Source: Candidatus Aenigmatarchaeota archaeon
Lineage (GTDB): Archaea > Aenigmatarchaeota > Aenigmatarchaeia > CG10238-14 > SpSt-28
Reading direction: 5' to 3'
Length of the DNA: 64,000 bases
Assembly (NCBI GenBank): GCA_018920305.1
Contig: JAHLMO010000001.1
Span: forward strand, 101,926-165,925
Part shown: positions 10,112 to 19,950 of the stretch, in pieces
Position numbering within the stretch: position 1 is the stretch's first letter
Layout of the letters: each line of letters opens with the position of its first letter
Translations under genes and position numbers: made by a program
The notes under the pieces: generated by a model
The model's input: only the letters and a program-made list of their open reading frames with translations
What the model was told of the DNA's origin: nothing
Databases searched by the model: none

Positions 10112-12448
10112 TTAGTTAAAACTAACCTTATATATTTTAACTTCTGGATTGTCAAACACTAACTCAAATTTTTCTAAATCAATTCCATTAAGGAAGTACA
10201 ATCTCGTAAACATTGAGTTCATTATTTCTTCATTAGCTAAAAATATATATCTAAAACTAGGATCAATGATAACCATTGCATTAATATCTGATTTTATTCC
10301 AAATTCTTCTTGATTAATTATTATTGGTTTATTATCTTGGTAATACACTAGATACTTTATTCTTTCTCTATTCATAAAATATGGTACTAATACAGTTTGA
10401 TTGTTTATATTTTCTGTTTTTATACTTATATCTATTTCTATTATTCTTCCACCAACATTTGTTCTGGTAGAGTAAACTAATATACCCCTATTTATATCCG
10501 ATTTCTGTATATTTAAAATAAAAATAGAATATGCATTACCTTCACCTTTTTTATTTATATAGAAAAAGTTTTCGATTCCTTTTCGTGTATAGCATATTGA
10601 ATTTTCTGGATAGTATTTTCTCAAACAAGAAGAAAAATAATATGGCCAATAGTATTTAAATATTAAATCTTGGCTTACAATAAAATAAATTTTATTAATC
10701 GTAATATTACAGATACTTTCATTAAATAAAGTTGGAAATCTTTCTTTTACTCTTTTGCAATCTTCTTCAGAAATTCTAGTATATTTTTTTAATAGTTCGT
10801 ATGCTTCTGTTTCATTAGAAGTTGTTAGGATTCTTCCCATATCTTGAATTCTTATATCGTGATTATAAGGAATACACGAATCCCAATCGCAATGAGCACC
10901 ATCTGCATGAACTTTAACATTCGCATATCCAGCAATTATATGGCCTGGGTCCCACCAGGTTGCAACTAATGTATATTCGTCTGAATTATTTTTAATAAAA
11001 TCTAGTGCAGCTCTCCAATTTTCATTTATTTCCATTCCTTTCATGGCATTTGCGATTTTAAACGAATGATCTAAATAATAGAATATAAAAATAGCTAGAA
11101 AAGAAAAGAAAAATAAGTTAAATATTCTTAGAACTTTTTGTGATTTTTGAAGAATCTCGATTATTATAGAATGCAAAGTAAATATGGAATAAGATGCAAC
11201 AATAGCTAAAGATGTTGCAAATAAGAGAGAAAATCTAATTCCTTGAGAAATTAAATATAGAGAATATATAAACCAAACAATTAAAAAAATTTCTTTCCAA
11301 TCTAGAATTCTTTTAAAGAAAAAATTATAGACAAATATTGGAAAAATCAGAAAAGATAATAGAAATGGTATTAAACCTACTCTAGATGCTATTTGTTTAA
11401 TTCCTTCTATGCTAAATGGATTTAAAACTTGTAGCTCTGCAACGGAAATATTTACTAATTTATCATATTTTAAACCACCCTTTATTGCTAAATCAAATTG
11501 CCATAATATAGTTGTTATTGGATGTGGTAGGGATGTATTAAAAGTTCTTTCTATCAAAAATGTTAACAATTCTGTGAAAAGTATTAACGTACCTAATACA
11601 ATAGAAACACCTAAAATTTTTGTTAGATAATTTTTAGAGTTCGTTTTTTCTATTGTTTTCTTTTTTGAAGGATTTACATAGGAATCAAAAACTATTGATA
11701 AAATTAAGTATAAAATTAAAAATCCACCAATTATAGGAATGAAATAGTATGCAGAATTCCAATTCCATGCAAATAAGATGTAAGAAATAGAAGCAAAAAT
11801 AAAATAAGGTACTAGTTTTTTTATAGCAGATAATATATTTGAATGTTTTATATTTATATTTTCAATCGTATTTATACTTTTTTCTATTAATAAAATAGTT
11901 GAAAGCAAGACTAAATAAGTATAAAAAACGTATACAACATCGCTATCTACATATCCTGCCATCGATACAATTAAAAAAGCGGGACTAAATGTTATTAAAA
12001 ACGCGGCAAACAATCCAGCCAAGTTGTTTTTTGAAAGAATTCTAGCTAAAAAGAATGCTGGAATTGCTGTTAAAGCGGAGAAGATAGCAACGAAATATAC
12101 AGAATATTTTTCTAGAGAAATTTGTATAATATCTCTTACTAATAAATAAGTTAAAGCAATTGTATAACTATATCCATCATAATATATTGGTCTTCCTGGT
12201 GGAAAATAACTTTTTTCATCCCAAGTAGATAGTACAAACTTTTTTTCTCTATCCCATCTTTCTACTATATCTCTTGCATGTCTAAAAAACCACCATGGAT
12301 CGTAGTCTAATGGAATATCTACATATGCAGTTTTCAATCTTATAAAAAAAGCAAAATAAATAATTAAAAGTAGTAACAAAGGAATAACAAAATAGTTAAT
12401 CTTCTTGGCAACATTTTCTTTGATTTTTTCTATATTTATCAGATTCAT
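10112..12448 (-). CDS. aglB: Oligosaccharyltransferase AglB/STT3.
   Basis: Polytopic N-terminal domain with an acidic first loop (DIPLDYDPWWFF). Catalytic WWDxG motif (ATWWDPGHIIAGY). Large C-terminal soluble domain. 778 aa. Confidence 0.7.
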   Translation of the reverse strand: MNLINIEKIKENVAKKINYFVIPLLLLLIIYFAFFIRLKTAYVDIPLDYDPWWFFRHARDIVERWDREKKFVLSTWDEKSYFPPGRPIYYDGYSYTIALTYLLVRDIIQISLEKYSVYFVAIFSALTAIPAFFLARILSKNNLAGLFAAFLITFSPAFLIVSMAGYVDSDVVYVFYTYLVLLSTILLIEKSINTIENINIKHSNILSAIKKLVPYFIFASISYILFAWNWNSAYYFIPIIGGFLILYLILSIVFDSYVNPSKKKTIEKTNSKNYLTKILGVSIVLGTLILFTELLTFLIERTFNTSLPHPITTILWQFDLAIKGGLKYDKLVNISVAELQVLNPFSIEGIKQIASRVGLIPFLLSFLIFPIFVYNFFFKRILDWKEIFLIVWFIYSLYLISQGIRFSLLFATSLAIVASYSIFTLHSIIIEILQKSQKVLRIFNLFFFSFLAIFIFYYLDHSFKIANAMKGMEINENWRAALDFIKNNSDEYTLVATWWDPGHIIAGYANVKVHADGAHCDWDSCIPYNHDIRIQDMGRILTTSNETEAYELLKKYTRISEEDCKRVKERFPTLFNESICNITINKIYFIVSQDLIFKYYWPYYFSSCLRKYYPENSICYTRKGIENFFYINKKGEGNAYSIFILNIQKSDINRGILVYSTRTNVGGRIIEIDISIKTENINNQTVLVPYFMNRERIKYLVYYQDNKPIIINQEEFGIKSDINAMVIIDPSFRYIFLANEEIMNSMFTRLYFLNGIDLEKFELVFDNPEVKIYKVSFN

Positions 12449-12459
12449 TAAATAAATAT

Positions 12460-14160
12460 ATGGAAATAGAAATTAAAATCGATGAAAAAATTATAAAAAA
12501 CGCATATTATACTTTTATAATTCTCTTCTTCTTAATTTTCTCCTTTTTAATTTTCTATAATAATTTGAGTGTTGTTTGGAATTATCCAATTGTTTTTGGA
12601 GACGAAGGTTATCATATGAGAATTTCTAAGGAATTTGCACTTAGAAAAGAATATTTGCATTATTTAGATTTTATACAGCCAAACCCTTCAGCATATGGAT
12701 ATATCTCTATTTTTCATTTTCTAGAAGCTTTTGGTTTTTTAATTTCGGAATCTTTTGCAAAATTTTTATTACCACTTATTATTTTTGTAACATCCTTTTC
12801 TATTTTTGTAATTTTTTGGAAAATATTTGATGAAAAAATTGCATTATTATCTTCTATATTATTTCAAACATTTCAATCGACAATAATATATTCGGTAACT
12901 TTCTATGTAGATAGCCTATTTGTTTTATTTATCTTTCTATCTTTTTCTTTTCTTTTTTTGTTTTTAAAGGAAAATAAAATAGAATATTATTTTCTATCTT
13001 CAATATTTTTAGGTTTATCTTTTATTGTAAAACCAACTTTACCTTTTGCTATATCTTTCGGAATAATTTTTCTAGTGTTTTATTACTATTTTTTGAGGAA
13101 AATTAATTTTAAAGAACTTTTGATGTTTTTTCTTTTTCCAATATTTACTATCTTATCATTAATAGTTTTTAATATATTAGCTTACAATAAAATTTGTGTC
13201 GGTTTTTGGATAATTGCAGAATTTTTAAATAAATATTTGGATGGAAGTTGTGAAATTAAAAATATAGAATATAAAGATATATATAGCTTTGCTGGTAGAA
13301 CAGAACAAAGAGGTAGCGAATTAGATGTTTTTTCTTTTGGATTGAAAGAGTATATCGATTTTGCATATGGTTATTCGTCTTTTATTATTTTATCATCGAT
13401 AATTGGAATTTTTATTCTAATTTATCATAAGAGATATGAACTTCTATTTCCATTAATACCATTCTTCCTTTTAACTGTCGTTTGGTTAATAATTATATAT
13501 CCATTTAGTAACGATTTAGGAGTTCTTTATAGAGCAGAGGATACAGCAAGATATCTATATTTTCTTAATCCTTTTATTGCATTATATTCCTCTTTATTCT
13601 TATATTCCTTAAAAGAAATTTTGGATTTGATAAAAAACGCAAGAAATTCTTCGATAGTAAAAGTAGTGTTTCTATTAATTTTTCTTATATCACTTTTTAT
13701 AATAACTTACTACTTTTTTATTTCATATTCCTTTAAGCTTGAAATAATGAAAAGAGTAAAAACTTTTTCGGAATATTTTTTTGAAGCTTGCGAGTATATA
13801 AAAGAAAGAACAGAAAAAAATACAACTCTAATGAGTTTATGGGGATATAGAGTTTTATATGCTTGCGAAAGAAATATAGGAGGAACAGCTGATTTAAGAT
13901 TGAGTAATAGTTCAACATTCATAAATGAGTTGGCGAAAAATTTTGGTATAGATTATTTTTTTGTTGAAAAATTTAGTATAGATCCATTAAACAGAAATTT
14001 ATCTGAAATGTATAATTTAGATTGGGTAAAATTGCTATTAAATTCGAAGGAATATTTTGAGATTTTTTATGAAAATGGTGTTCCAATAGATGATTGCATT
14101 AATAATTATTTACCAATAGGAATACCATGTGATGGTGTAATAATTTTTAAGATAAAATAA
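12460..14160 (+). CDS. GT-C fold membrane glycosyltransferase (PMT/ArnT/GT39-like).
   Basis: 566 aa polytopic protein. First-loop acidic motif VFGDEGYHMRI resembles the PMT VFDEVHF motif. Divergent from aglB with only about 11 nt between the starts. Confidence 0.45.
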   Translation: MEIEIKIDEKIIKNAYYTFIILFFLIFSFLIFYNNLSVVWNYPIVFGDEGYHMRISKEFALRKEYLHYLDFIQPNPSAYGYISIFHFLEAFGFLISESFAKFLLPLIIFVTSFSIFVIFWKIFDEKIALLSSILFQTFQSTIIYSVTFYVDSLFVLFIFLSFSFLFLFLKENKIEYYFLSSIFLGLSFIVKPTLPFAISFGIIFLVFYYYFLRKINFKELLMFFLFPIFTILSLIVFNILAYNKICVGFWIIAEFLNKYLDGSCEIKNIEYKDIYSFAGRTEQRGSELDVFSFGLKEYIDFAYGYSSFIILSSIIGIFILIYHKRYELLFPLIPFFLLTVVWLIIIYPFSNDLGVLYRAEDTARYLYFLNPFIALYSSLFLYSLKEILDLIKNARNSSIVKVVFLLIFLISLFIITYYFFISYSFKLEIMKRVKTFSEYFFEACEYIKERTEKNTTLMSLWGYRVLYACERNIGGTADLRLSNSSTFINELAKNFGIDYFFVEKFSIDPLNRNLSEMYNLDWVKLLLNSKEYFEIFYENGVPIDDCINNYLPIGIPCDGVIIFKIK

Positions 14161-14179
14161 TTTAATTTAAATTATAGAT

Positions 14180-14283
14180 AGCCCCGTCGTCTAGTGGCCA
14201 AGGATGCCGGGCTTTGGTCAAGCCAAAGCTTTGAAAATAATGAAAGAAACCCGGAGACCCCGGTTCGAATCCGGGCGGGGCTA
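14180..14283 (+). tRNA. tRNA-Gln (anticodon UUG) carrying a 31-nt intron at the canonical 37/38 position.
   Basis: Acceptor AGCCCCG/CGGGGCT. Anticodon stem CCGGG/CCCGG. Loop CUUUGG interrupted by tcaagccaaagctttgaaaataatgaaagaa. T-arm CCCGG-TTCGAAT-CCGGG. No encoded CCA. Confidence 0.8.
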
Positions 14284-14922
14284 TTATTTTTTAAATATAA
14301 CGTAGTAATTGAATTTATCTTCAAGAATTTCAAAGTTCTGAATATTTAGTATTCTTAAATCTGATATCAATTCTTTTTTCGAATAAGTATGATAAAATCT
14401 TTTTAATTTTTTTCCTTTATAGTTCCAAGTTAAGAAAATATCTCCAAAGTTATGTAGCTTAAGAAAATCTATAAACAAGCGAAAAAATGTTAAGGATGAA
14501 TATCTTTTTAGCACAGAGAATAAGCACAAATCTTTAGTAACCCTTAAAATTTCTTTTATTGCTTTTATTCTTTCAATTCTTTTCTTAATATGATGAATTG
14601 TTGCGATACTAAAAACAAAATCAAATGAATTTTTTTTTAAAGGTAAATATCTTGCATCTGCTAATATAAAATAAATTTTAATATTTCTTTTGTTTACATA
14701 TTCTTTTGCATGTTTTATCATGTTTTTCGAAAAATCAATTCCAATCAAAAAATTATCTTTAAATTCGATTAGTTGGGTTGCTGTTCCACAACCAACTTCG
14801 AGTATTTTCTTGTTTTTTAAATTCTTTAATTTTTTTAATATTTTAAATTTTTGTCTAATATTTATCCAACTATCTGCGACTTTTTCATAAAAATATTTTA
14901 CGTACTTTTTTTCTATATCCAT
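14284..14922 (-). CDS. Class I SAM-dependent methyltransferase.
   Basis: Motif I VLEVGCGTATQL, then an acidic motif II (IGIDFS) and a motif-III-like DFVFSIATIHH. Confidence 0.6.
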   Translation of the reverse strand: MDIEKKYVKYFYEKVADSWINIRQKFKILKKLKNLKNKKILEVGCGTATQLIEFKDNFLIGIDFSKNMIKHAKEYVNKRNIKIYFILADARYLPLKKNSFDFVFSIATIHHIKKRIERIKAIKEILRVTKDLCLFSVLKRYSSLTFFRLFIDFLKLHNFGDIFLTWNYKGKKLKRFYHTYSKKELISDLRILNIQNFEILEDKFNYYVIFKK

Positions 14923-15019
14923 AATGAAAATTTTTGTTAATTATCTATATTTTTTACAATTATTGTTTATTACCAACGAATAGTAAAAAATATATAAGGA
15001 CATGTTCATATTATAAATT

Positions 15020-15199
15020 ATGGAAAGAGAAAGAAATTTAAATTTAATTCAAACTCAAAATATTAAAAAAATGTATCTTAAGGAAATTGAAAAAGCGAAA
15101 AAGGCTTTATTAACAGCAAAAAGTCCTAGAGAAATTAGGGCACTACAAGCTAGAATAAAATATTTGGAAAATTTATTAAGGAAAACTTCTGAAGAGTAG
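15020..15199 (+). CDS. Possible 59-aa helical small protein, missed by the ORF track.
   Basis: ATG at 15020, TAG at 15197. Translation MERERNLNLIQTQNIKKMYLKEIEKAKKALLTAKSPREIRALQARIKYLENLLRKTSEE. Sits in the gap upstream of elp3 on the same strand. Confidence 0.2.
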   Translation: MERERNLNLIQTQNIKKMYLKEIEKAKKALLTAKSPREIRALQARIKYLENLLRKTSEE

Positions 15200-15217
15200 T
15201 TTTTATTTAATAGATTT

Positions 15218-16792
15218 ATGGAAAAAGCTTTAAAAATAGATGTACCTATAGAATATTTAAAAGAATTATCGAATGCTAAAAATAAGAACGAATTCGAAAA
15301 ATTAAAAATTCTTTTAGCAAAAAAATACGGAATACCTGTTTTAAAGACGATGGAATTAATAAAACTTATAAAAGAAAAAATAGGTATAGACATTACAGAA
15401 AATATAAAAAGTAAAACTATTAGAGCAAGTAGTGGAGTATTAATAATAACTCTAGCAACAAAGCCTGGAAATTGTGGGGGAAATTGTATATACTGTCCAA
15501 CTTTTTCAAACGTTCCGAAAAGTTACACACCTAATGAACCAGCGATTCAAAGAGCAAAAAGATTTGAATATGATCCATATTTACAAGTAAAGAATAGATT
15601 GATGCATTATGAATTGATGGGTTTATTGAAAGAAAACTCAAAAATAGAAGTAATAATTCTTGGAACTTTTTTAGCTTTGGATGAAGAATATAAAAAATGG
15701 TTCATAAAAGGAATTTTTGATGCTTTAAACGAAGAAGATAGTGATTCTTTAGAAGAGGCACAAACGAAAAATGAAAAAGCTAAATATAGATGTGTCGCAC
15801 TAACAATTGAAACAAGACCAGATTTATGCTTTGAAAAGCATGTTGATGAAATGCTTTCTTATGGAGTTACGAGAGTAGAGATAGGAGTTCAGAGTGTTTA
15901 TAATGATGTTTTAGATTTTGTGAGAAGAAATCATACAATTGAAGATGTCATTAAGGCAACAAAAATTGCAAGAAATGCTGCACTAAAAATTACTTATCAT
16001 ATAATGCTAAATCTTCCAAAAAGTGATATAGATAGAGATTTAGAAATGTTTAGAATTTTATTCGAAGATGAAAATTTTAGACCAGATTACTTGAAGATTT
16101 ATCCCTTACAATTATTTAAAAACACTGAGCTTTGGAAGTTATATGAAAGAAAAGAATTTAAATTGTATGAATTTGAGGAATTGGTAAATTTATTGACAAA
16201 ATCTTTTAAATTTATTCCAAAATATGTTAGAGTTCAAAGATTAGGGAGAGATTTACCAAAAAATGATATAGATGCAGGATATACTTTTACTAATTTAAGA
16301 GAGTATGTAGAAAAAAGAGCTAAAGAAATGGGAATAGAATGTAAGTGTATAAGATGTAGGGAAGTTGGAATAAGAATTAAAAACGGAGTTAAACCGCATT
16401 TGGAAAGCATACATTTAGAAAGAATTGATTACATAGCTAATAATGGTAATGAAATATTTCTTTCTTTTGAGGATAAATTCGAAACTATATATGCATACTT
16501 AAGATTAAGAATTCCAGATACATCTCATAGAAAAGAAATAGATTCTAAATCTGCATTAATAAGAGAGTTAAAAGTTCTTGGATTTCATTTACCAATAAAC
16601 TCTTTACCATTAGAATTTAATTTTCAGCATAGAGGTTTTGGAAAAAAATTGATGAAAATCGCAGAAGAAATAGCGTTAAACGAATTTGATAGAAAGAAAA
16701 TGGTTGTGATAAGTGCTATAGGAACAAGGGAATACTATAGAAAATTAGGTTATGAATTAGAGGGACCCTATATGGTTAAAATACTAGAATAA
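15218..16792 (+). CDS. elp3: Elp3-like radical SAM plus GNAT acetyltransferase (tRNA wobble-uridine modification).
   Basis: Radical SAM cysteine motif NCGGNCIYCP. C-terminal GNAT motif A (QHRGFGKKLMKIAEEIA). 524 aa. Confidence 0.85.
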   Translation: MEKALKIDVPIEYLKELSNAKNKNEFEKLKILLAKKYGIPVLKTMELIKLIKEKIGIDITENIKSKTIRASSGVLIITLATKPGNCGGNCIYCPTFSNVPKSYTPNEPAIQRAKRFEYDPYLQVKNRLMHYELMGLLKENSKIEVIILGTFLALDEEYKKWFIKGIFDALNEEDSDSLEEAQTKNEKAKYRCVALTIETRPDLCFEKHVDEMLSYGVTRVEIGVQSVYNDVLDFVRRNHTIEDVIKATKIARNAALKITYHIMLNLPKSDIDRDLEMFRILFEDENFRPDYLKIYPLQLFKNTELWKLYERKEFKLYEFEELVNLLTKSFKFIPKYVRVQRLGRDLPKNDIDAGYTFTNLREYVEKRAKEMGIECKCIRCREVGIRIKNGVKPHLESIHLERIDYIANNGNEIFLSFEDKFETIYAYLRLRIPDTSHRKEIDSKSALIRELKVLGFHLPINSLPLEFNFQHRGFGKKLMKIAEEIALNEFDRKKMVVISAIGTREYYRKLGYELEGPYMVKILE

Positions 16793-16796
16793 TTTA

Positions 16797-17390
16797 ATGG
16801 GAAAGTATATTGTAATAGAAGGAATCGATGGTGCTGGAAAAACAACTATTTCTAACATTTTGGTCAAAGAACTAAAAAACTCGATAACAATTAAAGAGCC
16901 ATCGAATAGCGAAATAGGCGAATTTATAAGAAATTCGTTAGAGAATAAAAAGGAGTTTATGAAAAATTATATAATATCTTCTTTACTTTTTTTTGCTGAC
17001 AGAATACAACTAAAAGAAAAAATAAAAAAATTAAGAGAAGAATATGATTATATAATTTCTGATAGATGTTTTTTATCTACATATGCATATCAGAACGCTT
17101 TAATAAAAAATGAGGAAGAGAAAAAAATTTTTAATAAAATATTTAATATTTTACTTCAGTTCGTTGAAATGCCTGATGCTATAATTATTTTAGATGTAGA
17201 TGTTGAAGTTGCGTTGGAGCGATTGAAGGAAAAGAAAAAAAGTATTTATGAAGAAAAAGAGTTTTTAAAAAAGGTTTTAGATAATTATAGAAATTTTGAA
17301 TTAGATTTAAAAAATGTTTACTTAGTTGATGCTAATAGAAACATTGAAGAAGTAAAAAAAGATGTAATCAAAATTATACAATTACTTTAG
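16797..17390 (+). CDS. tmk: Thymidylate kinase.
   Basis: P-loop IVIEGIDGAGKTT. DRC-like motif ISDRCFLSTYAYQ. 197 aa. Confidence 0.8.
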   Translation: MGKYIVIEGIDGAGKTTISNILVKELKNSITIKEPSNSEIGEFIRNSLENKKEFMKNYIISSLLFFADRIQLKEKIKKLREEYDYIISDRCFLSTYAYQNALIKNEEEKKIFNKIFNILLQFVEMPDAIIILDVDVEVALERLKEKKKSIYEEKEFLKKVLDNYRNFELDLKNVYLVDANRNIEEVKKDVIKIIQLL

Positions 17391-18480
17391 CTTCCACATT
17401 TAACAATTCTTTTAAACAAGTTTCAAAAAATCTAATGTTTACTCCTTTATTACCTATAATTATTGGTCTTTGTTCTTTTGTTGCATATATATACAAGTAT
17501 GGACCCTTTAATTCAATATCTTTTAACTCTTTTGCTAGCTTTCCACTTGGATGAAAAACTCTAAAATATTCCCTTAAATCTAATGTAATTTCTAAAACTC
17601 TTAAAGTTAAGTTTAATTTATTTTGTAAGTTTTGAATTGTTTGACCTTGTTTACCAACTAATTTTCCAGCTTGATTTTCTTTAACAATAATAACAACATC
17701 TGGAACAGTTTTAGATTGTATTCCAACCTCTTCTTTTATTTTTCTTAAATCTAAAACATTTATTATATCTATATTTTCTACTTCTTCCATTATTAAATCT
17801 GCTATTTCTTTTTCCTCTTTGCTCATTTCTCTTCTTCTTAATCTAGTTTCTAATAGTAATTTTAATCCCAATTTTGCACCTTCTCTAATAACATCTTTTA
17901 ATCCCAACTCTACGATATAAGAATTTGATTGGTTAGATAAAACCTCTTTAAGAATTTTTATTGTTTGATAATATTCTGCTTGTAATAAAGGATCACCAGC
18001 AATTATTAATCTAGAATTGCTTCCTACCCTCATTAAAATTTCAATAATTCTCTCTGGCTTAACTAATTGAACATCATCGACAAAAATTATTGAATCATCA
18101 AAACTTCTTCCAGATAAAGAAGAAAAATCAGATATTATAATTCTTTTTTGATTAATATATTCTTCTATTTCTTTCCAATCTTCTTTTAGAGAATCTACAA
18201 CATCTTTTAAATATTGTTTAATATTTTCAAAGTATAAACTACCTAATTCAGAAATTGTATACTCTTTTTTAGTAGAAGGATCGATTAAGGGCTTAATCAA
18301 TATCAATTTTTTACTCTTGGACTGTCTTAGAATTCTTATGACATAATCTATAACAAAAAAAGTTTTTCCTGTTCCTGTTGGTCCAAAAATCGCTAAATAA
18401 GTTATTCTTTCATTATTTAATGCATTATATAATTCTTTCTGATTTTCAGTTAAGGGTTTTGCTGGCATAATACATAGCAT
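17374..18480 (-). CDS. PhoH-like ATPase fused to two C-terminal KH domains.
   Basis: Walker A LAIFGPTGTGKTF. Walker B IIFVDDVQ. Two KH GXXG loops (VGKQGQTI and IGNKGVNI). Confidence 0.65.
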   Translation of the reverse strand: MLCIMPAKPLTENQKELYNALNNERITYLAIFGPTGTGKTFFVIDYVIRILRQSKSKKLILIKPLIDPSTKKEYTISELGSLYFENIKQYLKDVVDSLKEDWKEIEEYINQKRIIISDFSSLSGRSFDDSIIFVDDVQLVKPERIIEILMRVGSNSRLIIAGDPLLQAEYYQTIKILKEVLSNQSNSYIVELGLKDVIREGAKLGLKLLLETRLRRREMSKEEKEIADLIMEEVENIDIINVLDLRKIKEEVGIQSKTVPDVVIIVKENQAGKLVGKQGQTIQNLQNKLNLTLRVLEITLDLREYFRVFHPSGKLAKELKDIELKGPYLYIYATKEQRPIIIGNKGVNIRFFETCLKELLNVEAKVIV

Positions 18481-18627
18481 TTCGTAATTTAAATTTTTTA
18501 GTTATGATTTACAATCTGTAATATGACTAAACTTGTAAAATAGTGTAAAACAAGCTATGAAATAACAAGGATTAGCAATTTTATTATTGTAAGCGACACA
18601 AAAAGTGGAGAAATTATAAAGGTAATA

Positions 18628-18635
18628 TTTAAATA
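18628..18635 (+). promoter_or_regulatory. Archaeal TATA box (tttaaata) about 21-28 nt upstream of the EF-1alpha ATG, implying a leaderless or short-leader transcript.
   Basis: Sequence ggtaatatttaaatacttttttagataataacttt followed by ATG. A purine-rich BRE-like stretch lies just 5' of it. Confidence 0.4.
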
Positions 18636-18655
18636 CTTTTTTAGATAATAACTTT

Positions 18656-19933
18656 ATGACAAGAAAACCACATCTAAATATAGTAATTGTAGGACATGTA
18701 GATCAAGGAAAATCAACACTAGCTGGTAGGTTATTCTATGAAACAGGAGCGATAAGGGAAGATGAGTTAAAGAAGCTAAGAGAACTTTCACAAGAATTTA
18801 AAATAGAAGGAGGAGAATTTGCATATATTTTAGATAGAGAAATAGAAGAAAGAAAAAGAGGAATGACAATAGATATAGCTCATAGACCATTCGAAACACA
18901 AAAATACTTCTTTACAATAATAGACGCACCAGGTCACAGAGATTTTGTTAAAAACATGATTACAGGAGCTTCTCAAGCAGATGCTGCAATATTAGTTGTA
19001 AGTGCAAAGCCTGGAGAAGGAATTCAGGCTCAAACAAGAGAACACGCATATTTAATAAGATCTTTAGGAATTAATCAGTTAATTGTTGCTATTACTAAGA
19101 TGGATACAGTAAATTATGATGAAAGTGCTTATAATAAATTAAAAGATGAAGTTTTAAATACACTTTTAAAGCCATTAGGATATCCAGTAGATAAGATACA
19201 TGTAGTACCTGTAAGCGCACAATATGGTGAAAATATAACTAAAAGGAGCGATAAAATGCCATGGTATAAAGGACCTTGCTTAGTTGAAGCATTAGATATG
19301 TTGCAAGCACCACCAAGACCTGTTGATAAACCATTAAGAATTCCTATACAAGATGTATTTAGCATTACAGGTGTAGGTACTGTACCTGTTGGAAGAGTTG
19401 AAAGCGGAAGATTAAAGGTAGGAGATACTGTAATATTTGAGCCAAGTGGAGTAAAAGGTGAAGTAAAATCTGTAGAAATGCACCATCAACCAATGCAAGA
19501 AGCATTACCTGGAGATAATATTGGATTTAACGTTAGAGGTGTAGCAAAAACAGATATTAGAAGAGGAGATGTTGCTGGACATCCTTCGAATCCACCAACT
19601 GTTGCAAAAGAGTTTATAGCACAAGTAGTTATTTTAGAACATCCAACATCTATTTCAGTAGGTTATACTCCAGTATTTCATATACATACAGCTACAGTAG
19701 CAGGAAAAATAGTTGAAATTATTGCTAAAATAGACCCAAAAACAGGACAAGAAATAGAAAAAAATCCACAATTTATTAAAAAGGGAGATGTTGCAAAAAT
19801 AAGAGTTCAACCATTAAAGCCAGTAGTTGTTGAAAAGTTTTCAGAGTTTCCAGCTTTAGGAAGATTTGCAATGAGAGATATGGGAATGACAGTTGGAGCA
19901 GGAATAGTATTAGATGTAGTAAAGGCTAAATAA
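18656..19933 (+). CDS. tuf: Translation elongation factor EF-1alpha.
   Basis: G1 VGHVDQGKST. G3 DAPGH. G4 NKMD-like TKMD. 425 aa with canonical domain II/III sequence. Confidence 0.9.
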   Translation: MTRKPHLNIVIVGHVDQGKSTLAGRLFYETGAIREDELKKLRELSQEFKIEGGEFAYILDREIEERKRGMTIDIAHRPFETQKYFFTIIDAPGHRDFVKNMITGASQADAAILVVSAKPGEGIQAQTREHAYLIRSLGINQLIVAITKMDTVNYDESAYNKLKDEVLNTLLKPLGYPVDKIHVVPVSAQYGENITKRSDKMPWYKGPCLVEALDMLQAPPRPVDKPLRIPIQDVFSITGVGTVPVGRVESGRLKVGDTVIFEPSGVKGEVKSVEMHHQPMQEALPGDNIGFNVRGVAKTDIRRGDVAGHPSNPPTVAKEFIAQVVILEHPTSISVGYTPVFHIHTATVAGKIVEIIAKIDPKTGQEIEKNPQFIKKGDVAKIRVQPLKPVVVEKFSEFPALGRFAMRDMGMTVGAGIVLDVVKAK

Positions 19934-19950
19934 TTCTTTTTTTATTTTTT

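Noticed and set aside
15055-15393. 112-aa minus-strand ORF overlapping the elp3 start
   Set aside because: Overlaps the well-supported elp3 N-terminus with a low-complexity translation; the plus-strand small ORF at 15020-15199 is the more plausible reading of this gap.
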